The notes: generated by a model not told the origin, from the sequence alone. A DNA stretch of 64,000 nucleotides from Octopus vulgaris (GCA_951406725.2 OX597820.1:73966001-74030000), one strand, 5' to 3'. Shown: positions 27,189 to 39,449, counted from the first letter of the stretch. Made by a program: numbers and translations.

Positions 27189-27400
27189 CAGTAATCCCTC
27201 GCTATATCGCGGTTCACCTATCGTGGTTTATTATTTAAGCTTACTTCGTGGTATTGATTTGCATTTATAATAAAATAAATATATACAAATTATAAAAATA
27301 ATAATAATAAAAATATATAGTACTGTTTCTATTTCGCGGATTTTCACCTATCGCGGGGAGTGGTTGGAACGTAACATCCGTGATAATCGAGGGATTACTG
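27189..27400. mobile_element. Tigger/pogo-type MITE
   Basis: 13-bp TIR CAGTAATCCCTCG / CGAGGGATTACTG; internal ttcacctatcg repeats. Confidence 0.75.
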
Positions 27401-28098
27401 CATATGTATGTATGTATGTATATATATATATATATATATATTCGCACGAGGATGCATATGCAGACAAGTATAGTTTACCACGCTTAAACATATTTAAGCA
27501 CATGCACACACACAGACACACATATAAGCACACATATACATACACAGACGTACACGATAGGTAACACAGAGCTGTCTGGTCGTTGACATCGCATGGGAAA
27601 ACACCCAACATGTGATGAAAGAAAGTATTAAAACAGCAAGGACGCAAGCGGTATTTTAAAAACCCTATTAATTATATGCATTTATTAATTATATCCGCGT
27701 TGAACAACAATTAAAATGAAGGGAATATCGGCATTTGGTCTTGTGATCTGATTTCTTTTTTTTCTTTCTATTTTCTCACATTATTGGTAGATTAAACACC
27801 CTCCAGAAGTAAATGCATGTTATTGTGCAAATATGCTTATTGCTACTGTTCTATTTTAGGCTCATAGACTAAAATAGATGATTAACCATCACAATTTAAC
27901 CCGTCCCTGGTTTTGTTCAGACATTGTCTTTCAACATGGGCGTGTGCTTAAGAAGTGCACTTTGCACCTACGTAGTATCGGGTTCAGTCCCAGTATGTGA
28001 CGTTTTGGGCGAGCGTCTTCTAAAATAGCCTCAGAATATCCTTTTTAAGTGAGTTTGGTCGCTGTAAACTGAGTGAAACACTCACACACACACGCATG

Positions 28099-28160
<62 letters not shown>

Positions 28161-28163
<3 letters not shown>

Positions 28164-29560
28164 TAGTTTCAGCTCAGAGCTGCGGCCATGCTGATGCACC
28201 GCCGTTTTGCGCTACACTGTTATTACGACGAACCTCCTCTAATATGTGGCACTTGGTGAAGAATGGAGTTTGATACAGCTACTCTCATTTGCACCTCTTG
28301 CCGTGACGTAGGTTCATCTGGGACTCTTGACAGGAAGATGTCCAGCTTTGATTTAAAAACCGCTACATCTACTTTGTGCAAGTTCATCAGACTCTTTGGG
28401 AGAATATTAAAAAGCTGTGGGCCCTTGAAACCCAGGCTGTTGCAGAAGCTGGTCCTGAAGCGTGATGGCATTGCTGGGATCTTTGGCACTATGCAGTGTC
28501 GTCCCGTTCTAGCATTGGTGTAGCTTACAATGCCAAAATTTGGCACAATTCCTTCCAGGATCTTCCAGACATATATTACTGCATACCTCTCCCGTCTTCT
28601 CTCCAGGGAGTAGAGTCTTAGCTGTTTCAACCTTTCCCAGTAGCTGAGCTGTTACAAAGAGACGATCTTCTTTGTGAATCTTCTCTGGATTGCTTCAAGG
28701 TCCGCTGTTAATTTTACACAGGTGGGTGACCATAGCTGTGAGGAGTAATCCAGGCGACTGAGGACGAATGTCCGCCAGAGGACCATCCTGGTTTCCTTAT
28801 CTCTGGTTCTGAATGTTCTTAGGATCCACCCAGCCAGTCGTCTGCACTTTGTCGCTATCCTGGTAATGTGCACTTGGAAAGAGGTATCATCACTCATGTC
28901 GATACCCAGGTCCCTCACAGACTTAGGCTCTGGGATTAAAATTCCCTGTGGACCGGTGTATCCTGTAAGTTTAATATTCAGTTTTGGATTCTGGTAGCGC
29001 AGGGCCTGGAATTTTTCCGCATTAAACTGCATATTATTATCCTCAGCCCATGTGTAGATTGAGTCCAACTCCTGCTGCAGGTGTGCAACATCGCTGGGGT
29101 TCTGTATTTTCTGCGAGACTTTCGTATCGTCTGCATAGCTGGCCAGAGTGGCTATCCGGGCATTTGAGGGCATATCTGAGAGGGCCACTATAAAAAGCAG
29201 TGGTCCCAAGGCAGTGCCCTGTGGAACACCGCTGACTATTTGTATGTTCATAGAGGTGGCTCCATTAACCACTACTGCCTGACTCCTATCTTTCAGGAAG
29301 TCATGCAACCACACTCCGAGTTTTCCAGCTATGCTGAGGTCACGCAGTTTGTGGCATATCATACCATGATCCACCTTGTCAAAAGCTTTTGCAAAATCAA
29401 GGTAGATTACGTCCACATTTGATTTGTTGAGTAACTGCCTCAACACCCAGTCATAATGCTGTAAGAGCTGGGTCAGGCAGCTCCTACCTGGTCGAAAACC
29501 ATGCTGGGTATCACTCAGCAAGTTATTTTCCTCAAGGAATGCGATTAGTTTCTTTCTGAC
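28161..29560 (-). mobile_element. 5'-truncated CR1-group LINE (RT domain and 3' tail); one in-frame stop at 28652-28654
   Basis: QHGFRPGRSC, YLDFAKAFDKVDH, SGVPQGTALGPLLF, YADD, RLDYSSQLWSP, LYSLERRR; 3' tail abuts (TA)n. Confidence 0.9.
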
Positions 29561-29803
29561 TTCATCCTCATCAGCTTTGCCACAATAGTTTTCAATTATG
29601 TTGTCCAGTGTTTTGATGTGTGGTCTTATAAGCATGTAAGACCGGATAAACTCACTTTTCTTCCGCGCTATCTGGTCAATGGTTCTATGAAATCCATTGT
29701 TTTTTAGCGCGGCAGTGATGATGTTGTTCGGCGGATCGCCACTAACAATTGTCCATGCTCTTAGCAGAAGATCCAACTCTTTCTTTTCCCACTTTGGTGC
29801 CAT
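29561..29803 (-). CDS. Short Myb/SANT-like (trihelix/MADF-type) coding segment in frame with the LINE RT
   Basis: MAPKWEKKELDLLLRAW...IITAALKNNGFHRTIDQIARK resembles the W..E...L...W / GF.RT..Q...K pattern. Confidence 0.45.
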
Positions 29804-29819
29804 CTTCGTTTTGAGTTCC

Positions 29820-30395
29820 AGAGGGGGGGGGTAGAGGCTAGAGAGGTAATGAGGGATAGAGAGAGGTAGAGACGGAGAAACACAGAGGGGGGAAATAGAG
29901 AAAGAGAGAGGGAGATAAGAAGGAAAGAGAGAGGTGCTATGAAAGAAATCGAGAGGGTGATAGGAGAAAAGCAAGGGGGTGTGGTGTGTTAAAAAGATAG
30001 AGGAAGGTAGGGGAGGGGGAGAGGAGGGGAATAAAAGGAGAGACAGAGTGAAGGAGAAGAGAGGAAGAGAAAGAGAGGCAGAGTGAAGGAGAGACAGGAT
30101 GAAGGATGTGAGAGAGAGGGAGAGACGGAGTGAGAAGAATGGGTGAATGAGAAGTATATGAGAGAGAGGGTGAGGTGACGAGAGGAGAGGTAGATGTGAG
30201 ATGGAAAGGAAAGAGAAATGAGAGAAGAGGAGGATATGAAAGTGAGGAAGGGAGATGAGAAAAAGAGTAAGATATGCAAGAGAGAAGGAAAGGGTAAGCG
30301 TAAAGAGAGATAAAGGAAGGAAAAAAGGAGCTGGAAGTGGGGGAATATATGTAAGGGAGGGGAGAGGAGGTAGAAGAAAGTGAGGAAATGAAGGA
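29820..30395. repeat. Polypurine (GA-rich) low-complexity tract
   Basis: Direct reading. Confidence 0.85.
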
Positions 30396-30961
30396 ATTAT
30401 TTAATTCTAAACTAATTACAGGAAAATAAACATATGAAAGCGAAACAGAAATTGAAAGAAAATTATTCTCAGAATGTAAACAAAGATGGCGTCGTAAATC
30501 GTAACTGAGATGTTAGCTTATATTAAAGGAAAATAAAAAAATTAATAAACAAACAATTAAAAGCGATACTTATCGTAAAAGGTACAGTCCAAACCCTCGT
30601 GCTTGTACGAAGAAGTTTTCTTTCACAACAGAAAAGAAAACAATTCTTTTTCCTTCTTACATTTGGCTGGAGATAAATTAAAGACTTGCCACCACGTGCT
30701 TTTTCGGCGAAGATTCTAGCATGCGTAACTAAACTTTACTGTATTATATTTGGCTTCAAGCGAAATATATTAGGTTTTTAATTAATATATTTTTAATTAA
30801 TGTATTTTAGTAGACTTTATGAGTTAACAAGTTCTACGTTTTGTTACTTTTAGTAGATTATTTCGTCGATTTATGCAAACCTTTTTGTTTTTTCACAGAG
30901 CAAAAGCAAACACGTCTTTCCTCTACGAAAACCGGAAGTAATATATATATATAATATATAT

Positions 30962-31175
30962 ATTTTACTTGTTTCAGTCATTTGACTATGACCATGCTGG
31001 GACACCACCTTTTAATCGATATAATCAACCCCAGGACTTATTCTTTGTGAGCCTGGTACTTATTCTATCGATCTCTTTGGCCAAGCCGCTAAGTTACGGG
31101 GACGTAAACATACCAACATCGGTTGCCAAGCGATGGTGGGGGTTGGGGACAAACACCGACACAAACACACACGCA
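30962..31175 (-). mobile_element. SINE family B 3' half
   Basis: Reverse complement of the family B tail. Confidence 0.75.
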
Positions 31176-31513
31176 TAAATATATACATTCAACGACAATA
31201 TGAGCCTTCCAAGACAGTTGCTCTCATGAATTCCAAAATGAAATTTAGGATTTATGGACGGTCAAAGTTGGGAACAAAAACAGGACAGTGAAGACATACA
31301 AGGAGACCGAACGAAAACAAACATAGAGGCTCGTGAAACGAAAGGAATATAGTGAGCGTTCGGAGAAATATTATTTTTGAAAAGAGAAAAGATAGAAGAG
31401 AGAGAAAAAATGCGTCCAGTCCTTTGAACGTCCGTGTAGGAAAGGAAAGATGGACGATGGTCACATGTAAGCAACGATAGAAAGCATTCATTCCCAAGTA
31501 TATATATATATTA

Positions 31514-31722
31514 AGGCGGCGAGCTGGCAGAAACGTTAGCACGCCGAGCGAAATGCGTAGCCGTATTTCGTCTGCCGTTACATTTTGAGTTCAAATTCCG
31601 CCGAAGTCGACTTTGCCTTTCATCCTTTCGGGGTGGATGAATTAAGTACCAGTTACTGGCGTCGATATAATCGACTTAATCCGTTTGTCTGTCCTTGTTT
31701 GTCCCCTCTGTGGGTAGAAAAG

Positions 31723-31725
<3 letters not shown>
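31514..31725 (+). mobile_element. SINE family A
   Basis: ggcggcgagctggcagaaacgttagcacg head plus core. Confidence 0.8.
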
Positions 31726-31780
<55 letters not shown>

Positions 31781-31811
31781 ATCAAAATAAAAACATGATG
31801 CGAAGGATTCA

Positions 31812-31891
31812 GCGGTACATATGTTTCGGGCCTTTATTAGACAGATTTATAACAATGCATAATGTATGTCTGTGGCCTTCTTCAGCGGCGC
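31812..31891 (-). ncRNA. Hammerhead ribozyme with extended stem II and imperfect stem I
   Basis: CUGAAGA a GGCC acaga...ucugu...GGCC c GAAAC auau GUA; palindromic ACAUAUGU. Confidence 0.6.
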
Positions 31892-33826
31892 ACAACAGCT
31901 TCCACAAGGACATGTGTTACATCAAAAATTCTTGGTTGGGGATGCAAATCCTCTCATTCGCGTACGACATAATGCGGCAGCAGCATAGAATTGTAGCGTC
32001 CATCTCTTTCTTCTCTCAATGTAGAATGAGGAAAGTTGGATGTTGAAGTAATGTAAGTAAATAAATACATATATAGACGTGAAGATGGAGGGGCGAGAAT
32101 TTAGGACGAGGGATAAAAAATGTATAAAAAGTGTAAGTATAGAAAAATATAAAAATGTAGAGCATAAAGATATAAAGAGATATAAGGAGATTAAAGGGGG
32201 TGTAAAGAATATAAAGAAATATAAAGAAATATAAATAAATGTAAAGGCATAAGGTTATAAAGTAAAAATAGAAATAGAAATAAAAGTAAAAAAACATGAT
32301 AAAAATGTAAAAAAATATAAAGATAAGGGATGTATAGAGGTTACGGACCAAACATGGTGGTCAGGAGATTGATAAAATTTAGTTGTAGAAGTGTTAATAA
32401 ATCAACAGTTTCGTCTGGGGACCTAATGTGTTGTAAAACAGAGCTGTTGAGCGTTTAATCTGGTTCTTTGAATTAATTGGTCTTCTAGTACATACATACC
32501 ATCATGGGTACATACACCCATATACACGCGTACATATACGCCTCCAAGCCTATAAGCACACACACGCACTCGCGTGTAAACATGTACATAAACACACACA
32601 CACCCACACGCACGCGCGTACACATACATACATACAACATAATATCCGCATGTATACACGGACACTATACGTGTACACACCCATATGTACATACGTGCGC
32701 CCATCCCTACATACACATACGCATATGCCCACGCTTCCAGGTTTAGATATAAGATAGTAAAGGATGTATATAAGAACGTATGTAAAGAATCATGCACTCA
32801 TGTCTACACGTGCACGCACACACGGCTGTGTGTCCGTATGTGCGTGCACATATACACTTACATACACACACAGAGACATACGCGCATATGGGTATAGCTA
32901 TAAGATATTAAAAGATGTATACAAATAGGTGTACACATATGAATGTAAGAAAACATGTAAAAAAAGGAAATACGGGGTATGTACATCCAGACGTAGATGT
33001 TTACTCGTACATATGTACATATATGTATGCGTATACATACGTACACGGACGCTCGTATAATCATAAAGTGGATCCATAGGTAAGTAAATAAACATATATA
33101 GAGATGTAAAGCGATAAGTTAGGGGTAAGAATGAGGGTAAGGGTAAAAATTAGAAATAAAAGTAAGAAATACAGCATAAAATAAGAAATACAATGTAATA
33201 GTTAGAAATGAAATATAAAAATTATAAAAATTATAAGAGTTAAGGTAAGGGATGAAAATAAAAATGAGAATAAATGGAAGTAGAATAAAAGTAAAAATAA
33301 AAATAAAAATAAAATAAAATAAGATAAAAATATAATTTGGTAGAGTTTAACATGAGCTGAAGGTGGTTGAAAGTTAGAGGTGTGTGTTAAAGGTGCCCAC
33401 GTAGGGGCGGGCGGGGGAACTGAAACTTGGAAGGGTGGGAAGTGGAGTTTGGCGGTGTGCGTTCAACATCCGAGTTAGAAATGTGAAAGGGTATAGATAT
33501 AGGGAAATAAAGAGACTATATAGGAAGGATATGGGTGTAGGAGAAGAAATATGTAGGGAAAAGAAGTCATATATGGGAGACAAAATTTGTATATATAGGA
33601 GGAAAATGCAGGGAAACATATATGCACATACACACACCCACACAAACACACACACACACGCACATATATATATATATATATACATATACGTACACATATG
33701 TGCACATACATATATATACACGCACACATATACGCATATACACGCACATATAGGAAAGCGGGATGTGCTGGAGCCGACAGGTTGCACCGGGTGGGAGGAA
33801 ATTGCATGGGGGAGTTGGTATAAAAC

Positions 33827-35782
33827 CTAAGCTTTGTAGTATTTGAAAGTATTAATAAGTTTGTGTATACAGGATGGTTTGAACTCTGACCTTTTGTTAA
33901 TAAGATTGTGTTTGTCTTTGAATTTCAAGATGTTCAGGAGTTCTACACAACATAGTTGGCATCCTGCTCTATTATTTAAATAAGGTGCAGCTGATCCGAT
34001 GATGGACCACCTGAGATTGAAGCCTATGCATTTGTCTTTTAATTCCCAAATTCTTTTAGAAAGGGAGGTGTTGTTAGCCTTATGTCTGTGTTTCAGCGAG
34101 GACCGGTGGTTGTAGTATCTGGATTTCCAGGAGGTTGAGCAACCTATGTAGGTGACTGTGTTAAACTGGGTACTCACCTCACATGAATATATTACGTTTT
34201 TCGCCCTACATGCACCCTGCAGCGGGCACTCTGATGCACATCTGCAGTTGCATTGCATTGCATTATTCGGTCGTGTGCTGCTAATCCCAGGCGGAGGTGT
34301 TGCAATACGAGTGGGGGCGTTGATATCCTCCTGGTTGTTGATGGGTGTAGTATTTCCTCTGTTGTGTTGGCGGGTGTTATTACTAACTGTTTGGGTAGTA
34401 TGGCTGCCAGTCTGGTTATATTGTCTACTATCTAGATGAGGGGGGTTCTGTTGGTCGCTATAGTTTGCTCTTGATCTAGCTGTTCTAATATTAATATAGT
34501 TATGTTTAGCTATGAGGCAGCTCATGTTGGGCAGGGTAGAGTAGGAAATCCTAATGGTTTTGTTGGAGAAGATACTTCTATACTTGTGGGTGGGTGGGAA
34601 GTTGTTGGAAATGATAGAGAATATTCTCTTACATAACTTACCCCTAACTGCTAAGTTGTAAGGTATGTTGAACCATATATATTTGCGTAATCTACTATTA
34701 TCCCTTCTATTTCTCCTAATAGGATCTATATTGCTCTCGTCGGGAGGGTTACTATTGTGTGCTATTCTATTAGTTCGCCTATTTCCTATACGTTGTTTGG
34801 AGTTTAAATTAGAATTATCGCTAGTGTGAGTTGAGTGCTGAGTTCGATTATAATTGGGAGTTTTATGGCCGACGGACGCTCCCGGGTGGTCTACATATGA
34901 TATTCTCTGGTTATACCCGGCACTATAGAGAGCCTGGTTGTAGTGTTGTGCGTGATTATTGAAAATTTCTCTATTAGAGGATAGTTTTGTAAGTCTGTCT
35001 GAGATGGCTTGGACCGTGGTGCTAATTATACAGGGTGGATGGTTGGAAGAGGTATGGATGTATTTGGTAGTTTCTTCGGGTTTCCTATACGGGTGGTGAA
35101 GGTGCTTATTCAAGTCTAACGTAACATCTAAGAAGTTTACTATTTTAGTATTGGTCATAAATTCTAGTTTAAGATTGAAGGATTTGAAAAAAAGCCTGAT
35201 CTTTTTCCTAATTCTTTCTAGTTTACTCCTATTGTTGGTGGGGTATATGAAGAGAGCGTCGTCTCTGTATAGACCCCCCTGAAGATCCGGTACCTCGGAG
35301 AAAAGCTTCTTGAGCAGGTAGGCCCCGACCAAGTCAGTCACCTGAGCTGAATCGCTCGAGCCCATAGCCACATCAAAATTGTCGGGGGTATCGGATCTGG
35401 TCCAGAGTCTACCGTCGAATTCTATTATGGTTTTTCTAGCTAATAGTATTATGTCAATTTTTTCTCTGTCTATGAGTGAAAGGTTGCGGGCAAAAATAAG
35501 GGATTTGTTAAGTAAGATGGGGGATATACTGGCGTAGTAGCTAGCTATGTCGAATTGGATGAATGAGTAGTCGGGCCTATTGGTGATAGTGTTAAACCAT
35601 TCTAGTACATCGTCGGTGTTAATCCATAGTTGGAGTGGGATGTGGGGTTTGATGTGTGGGATCACCTTGTCCAGGATAGTCTTGCTAAGTCTGCCGATAT
35701 CCGATTTAGTCGGACAGATTAATCGTACTCCTACATTATCCGGGAAGTCTTTCTTATGGTCTTTAATAGTAATTTTGGGTAC
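33827..35782 (-). CDS. Penelope-like reverse transcriptase + C-terminal GIY-YIG endonuclease (open frame of 652 codons including the stop, N-terminus missing)
   Basis: Frame extends upstream of the listed ORF (ITIKDHK, RLICPTKSDIG); FDIASYY, AMGSSDS, LYRDD, FLDV, YRKP, SNHP; CNCRCASEC; VIY...YIG...RYYNH; CQLC..E. Confidence 0.9.
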   Translation of the reverse strand, partial: VPKITIKDHKKDFPDNVGVRLICPTKSDIGRLSKTILDKVIPHIKPHIPLQLWINTDDVLEWFNTITNRPDYSFIQFDIASYYASISPILLNKSLIFARNLSLIDREKIDIILLARKTIIEFDGRLWTRSDTPDNFDVAMGSSDSAQVTDLVGAYLLKKLFSEVPDLQGGLYRDDALFIYPTNNRSKLERIRKKIRLFFKSFNLKLEFMTNTKIVNFLDVTLDLNKHLHHPYRKPEETTKYIHTSSNHPPCIISTTVQAISDRLTKLSSNREIFNNHAQHYNQALYSAGYNQRISYVDHPGASVGHKTPNYNRTQHSTHTSDNSNLNSKQRIGNRRTNRIAHNSNPPDESNIDPIRRNRRDNSRLRKYIWFNIPYNLAVRGKLCKRIFSIISNNFPPTHKYRSIFSNKTIRISYSTLPNMSCLIAKHNYINIRTARSRANYSDQQNPPHLDSRQYNQTGSHTTQTVSNNTRQHNRGNTTPINNQEDINAPTRIATPPPGISSTRPNNAMQCNCRCASECPLQGACRAKNVIYSCEVSTQFNTVTYIGCSTSWKSRYYNHRSSLKHRHKANNTSLSKRIWELKDKCIGFNLRWSIIGSAAPYLNNRAGCQLCCVELLNILKFKDKHNLINKRSEFKPSCIHKLINTFKYYKA

Positions 35783-35842
35783 TTATATATATATAATTAG
35801 TAATGTAAATATCGGTACTTCGTTGTGCCATATATTTACTTC

Positions 35843-35903
<61 letters not shown>

Positions 35904-36006
35904 TCAATCCAAACAAGAACAAGCAAAAAAAAAAAAACAACAACGCGAGGACGTGGAATAAGTACAGTGTTATTGGACACTCAGGAAAGGAAAGAAAAGA
36001 AAGAGG

Positions 36007-36041
36007 ATTTCACGTTTCGAGTGGAGCTCTTCATCAGAAAT
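36007..36041 (-). ncRNA. Minimal HHR-like motif (mini family); GUG triplet suggests it is inactive
   Basis: auuu CUGAUGA a gag cucca cuc GAAAC GUG aaau. Confidence 0.5.
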
Positions 36042-36274
36042 ATAGAAAAAGTTCAAAGAAGGGAAGACGGAGAAAGAAAATCGCCAATACACACGCGGTC
36101 ACACACACACACACATTCACACATATGTATGACAGTGAAAGATTGGCAGAGGCAGACAGGCAGGCTGACAGACGGACGTGAAATATGGACGCGTAATGCA
36201 TATACGATAAATAATTAGATATTAGTTTCAATACACACACTTCTGCGTATGCATGTTCTTTAATTCTTTTATTC

Positions 36275-36645
36275 TTTTATCTGTCTCAGTCATTTGACTG
36301 CGGCCATGCTGGAGCACCGCCTTTAGCCGAACTAATCGACCCCCAGAACTTATTCTTTGTAAGCCTAGTACTTATTCTATCGGCCTCTTTTGCCGAACCG
36401 CTAGTTAACCGGCACATAAGCACACCAGCATCGGTTATCAAGCGATGGTGGGGAGACAAACACAGACACACAGACATATACATATATTTATATATATATA
36501 TACGACGGGCTTCTTTCAGTTTCCGTTTACCAAATCCACTCACAAGGCTTTGGTTGGCCCGAGGCTATAGTAGAAGACACTTGCCCAAGGCGCCACGCTG
36601 TGGGACTGAACCCTGAACCATGTGGTTGGTAAGCAAGCTTCTTAC
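36275..36645 (-). mobile_element. SINE family B, near full length
   Basis: Reverse complement of the family B consensus seen in this window. Confidence 0.85.
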
Positions 36646-37034
36646 CATTGCGTCTACATACATATATTCATATATAAATAAACATACACATATATATATA
36701 CATAGCCATATTTGGGTGCTATGTCAGTCGTTAATATTTCAGCTGATAACAGAATGTCCATGTTTTCAGATCGAAGCTAATAAGAGATCATCCGGAGCTT
36801 AAGATATAATACAATTCTGATTTATTCATTGAATAGTAAATTAGTTAACAGTGAGTTGTATGTACTCCCTAGCTTTAATCATATCAAAACTAACAATTCA
36901 GAAACGAAGCGCTACTTACTAATGTAACCCCTCTATTTGTCTACACCAGCCATCCAACACCAGGTGACTGGGTTTCTATATATATATATAAAAGAAGAAA
37001 ACTCCCAGTTTTTTTTATGTTTATTAGTAGCTTG

Positions 37035-37282
37035 CTTTCTTTCTCTTTCTACCTTTCCTTCTTTCTTTTTCTTTCTTTCTTTCTTCTTTCTTTCCTTCTT
37101 TCTTTTTTCTTTCTTTCTCTCTCTACCTTTCTTTCTTCTTTTCTCTACCTTCCTTTCTTTCTTTCTTTCTTTCTTCTTTCTTTCTTTCTTTCTTCTTTCT
37201 TTCTCTCTCTACCTTTCTTTCTTTCTTTCTTTCTCTCTCTCTCTCTACCTTTCTCTCTTTTTTCTCTCTCTCTACCTTTCTC

Positions 37283-37321
<39 letters not shown>

Positions 37322-37490
37322 CTCTCTCTCTCTACCTTTCTTTCTTTCTTTCTTTCTTTATTTATTTATTTCCTTCTTTCCTTCTTTCTTTATTTCTTTC
37401 TTTCTTAGTATATATCTCTTAATAATTCCATTATCTCTTTCTTTCATTTGCTGTTTCTTTCTTTCCTTCTATCTTTATTTTCTTTTTATG
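37035..37490. repeat. (CTTT)n polypyrimidine tract
   Basis: Direct reading. Confidence 0.9.
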
Positions 37491-38155
37491 TGTAATCTCA
37501 GACAACCGCCACCACAACAATAAAACATACAAATACTAAAAAGCGAACAAACAAACAAACAAAAAAAAAATCAACTGCAAAAAACACGTTATCTACAGGA
37601 ACGAAGGAGGTGGAGACGACGAGGGTAGAAGGAGGAGGTAAGAGATAAGGAGACGACATTTATTGTCAGCTTTGCGAAGTCAGGTTGACAGTTCAGGAGA
37701 CACAGTATTTACGCTCTTTGACACGCCGGCTATAAGAAGGGCCTCCAGAATACTTAGAAACGGGGTTCAACACCTGTCTAGCTGGAAGTTTGTCTCCGAC
37801 CTTTGGCAGGGCGTTGTGTGCCGCCCTTGTCGTTACTAGGAAGTACATTGTTGGGCGCTGCGGGGGATACATCCGGTTGGCAAGTCAATCACATCATATT
37901 AAACAGTTGCCACAAAGCTAGAAGACGAATCGCTAGACAATACAGCTTTATTTTTTTATGATTGTTTTTTGAGTTCTTTCATTTATATTTTTTGATATCA
38001 GCCTTTTATCATTTGCCAAGTTATCCACACACGCGTACAGACGCACACATACACACACAGATGCATGCATAGAGAGTCAGACAGAGAGACTGACAGAGAG
38101 AGAGAGAGAGAAAGAGAGAAAGGGGAAAGAGAGAGAGAGAGAGAAAGAGAGAAAG

Positions 38156-38186
<31 letters not shown>

Positions 38187-38668
38187 TTGGTTGTCTTGAG
38201 CCATAGGATTCATCAGACTAGTTATCCGGTTTCAAAGGCATATAGGTGACTAAGATCACAACATATCCCTTGAATGGGACTGAGCAGCAGGAAATGGAAT
38301 GTCTTGCTCAACAAGAAAGCGCACCACTTGGTCCGGGATTTGAAACTGCGATCTAACGATCATGAGTGTAACAGCTTCAAAACTATGCCACACGCATTCA
38401 CACACACACACACACATATACACATACACACACGCACACACACGCACACGCACACACAAATCATAACACATATGATCATGTATGTATGTATACTATGGAA
38501 TGGTTTCTTAATTCCTTAAGGAATGGTCATACGGGCGTCGTGTTGGGTATCTTCGACTTGGTGGAGGCAGTCTCTCTCCAGGTCTGAGCAGCGCAGTCGA
38601 TTTCTCTCAGAAAGAGGGAAAGAAAGAGAGAGGAGAGGAGGGTGTGGAGGGAGAGAGAGCGGGAAAGT

Positions 38669-38699
<31 letters not shown>

Positions 38700-38768
38700 A
38701 GGAGGAAAAATGCGTAAGAGAATGATTACTATTTTTTATCAGTGATGTATTTACAATGATTACTATTT

Positions 38769-38854
38769 TTACCTGTGATGTATTTACATCGGCCAAATTT
38801 GCCTTTCCTCTGTAGGAAAGGCAAATTTGGCCGATGTAAATACATCACAGGTAA
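38769..38854. repeat. Perfect 41-bp inverted repeat with 4-nt loop
   Basis: ttacctgtgatg...gcctttcct ctgt aggaaaggc...cacaggtaa. Confidence 0.9.
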
Positions 38855-39449
38855 GCACATTAAGAGCAGTATTCGTCCGGAGGTAAAACCCATGGACGAG
38901 CTCTGTTTAAAAATGAAAATATATCATTAGAAGATGAAAACCATCCAATCACGTAGTGAGAATGCTAAGTACTGTTTTCTGCTTCCATGGGCTTCGTCAG
39001 TAGTATGTATCCACAGCAGTTAATATCCGGTATATCCGGTTAAAATCCGGTATATGCATACAAACCTAAGAGAAAGAAATCTCTGAAATAAAACCTGAGG
39101 CCTTGGAAGTTCCTGGTTTTGTAAATTTTCATGTTACACCGGCGAAAGTCTTCTTGGGCCAATAGGTGAGGGTAGTGCAGTGCAAGCTACACCCACTGAA
39201 AATTATTCATCTGTACAGGTACTTCTTGTACACCAAATCTTAGTAAAATCATTGAATTGATTGGCAGAAACCTAAAAATGCACTTGTAAATTACTCTAAA
39301 ATGTCTCAAACAGATTCAGTAATTGGCAAAAAAGACTTGGGAATGTCAGAGGAACAGGTCAAGGCTCGGCAGGTGTCCCAGTGTAACACAGGCTCGGCCC
39401 GGTCGTCATCCTGCCACTATGGTCAAATAATATTCAAGAAAAAGTAGAA

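Larger units (their letters stand above)
31779..35782 (-). mobile_element. 5'-truncated Penelope-like retrotransposon with ~2-kb low-complexity 3' region ending near an HHR
   Basis: RT-GIY-YIG ORF; strand-biased 3' region; HHR at 31812-31891; (TA)n at both ends. Confidence 0.7.

Noticed and set aside
29804-29974. N-terminal 57 aa of the 440-aa ORF
   Set aside because: Translation of a polypyrimidine low-complexity tract from a non-ATG start.
37590-37930. GC-richer unique stretch as a possible exon or enhancer
   Set aside because: No long ORF or recognisable motif; cannot be supported without conservation or expression data.
38195-38240. GAAAC...CTGATGA on the minus strand
   Set aside because: Resembles a SINE tail (compare 55958-55985); no hammerhead stems.
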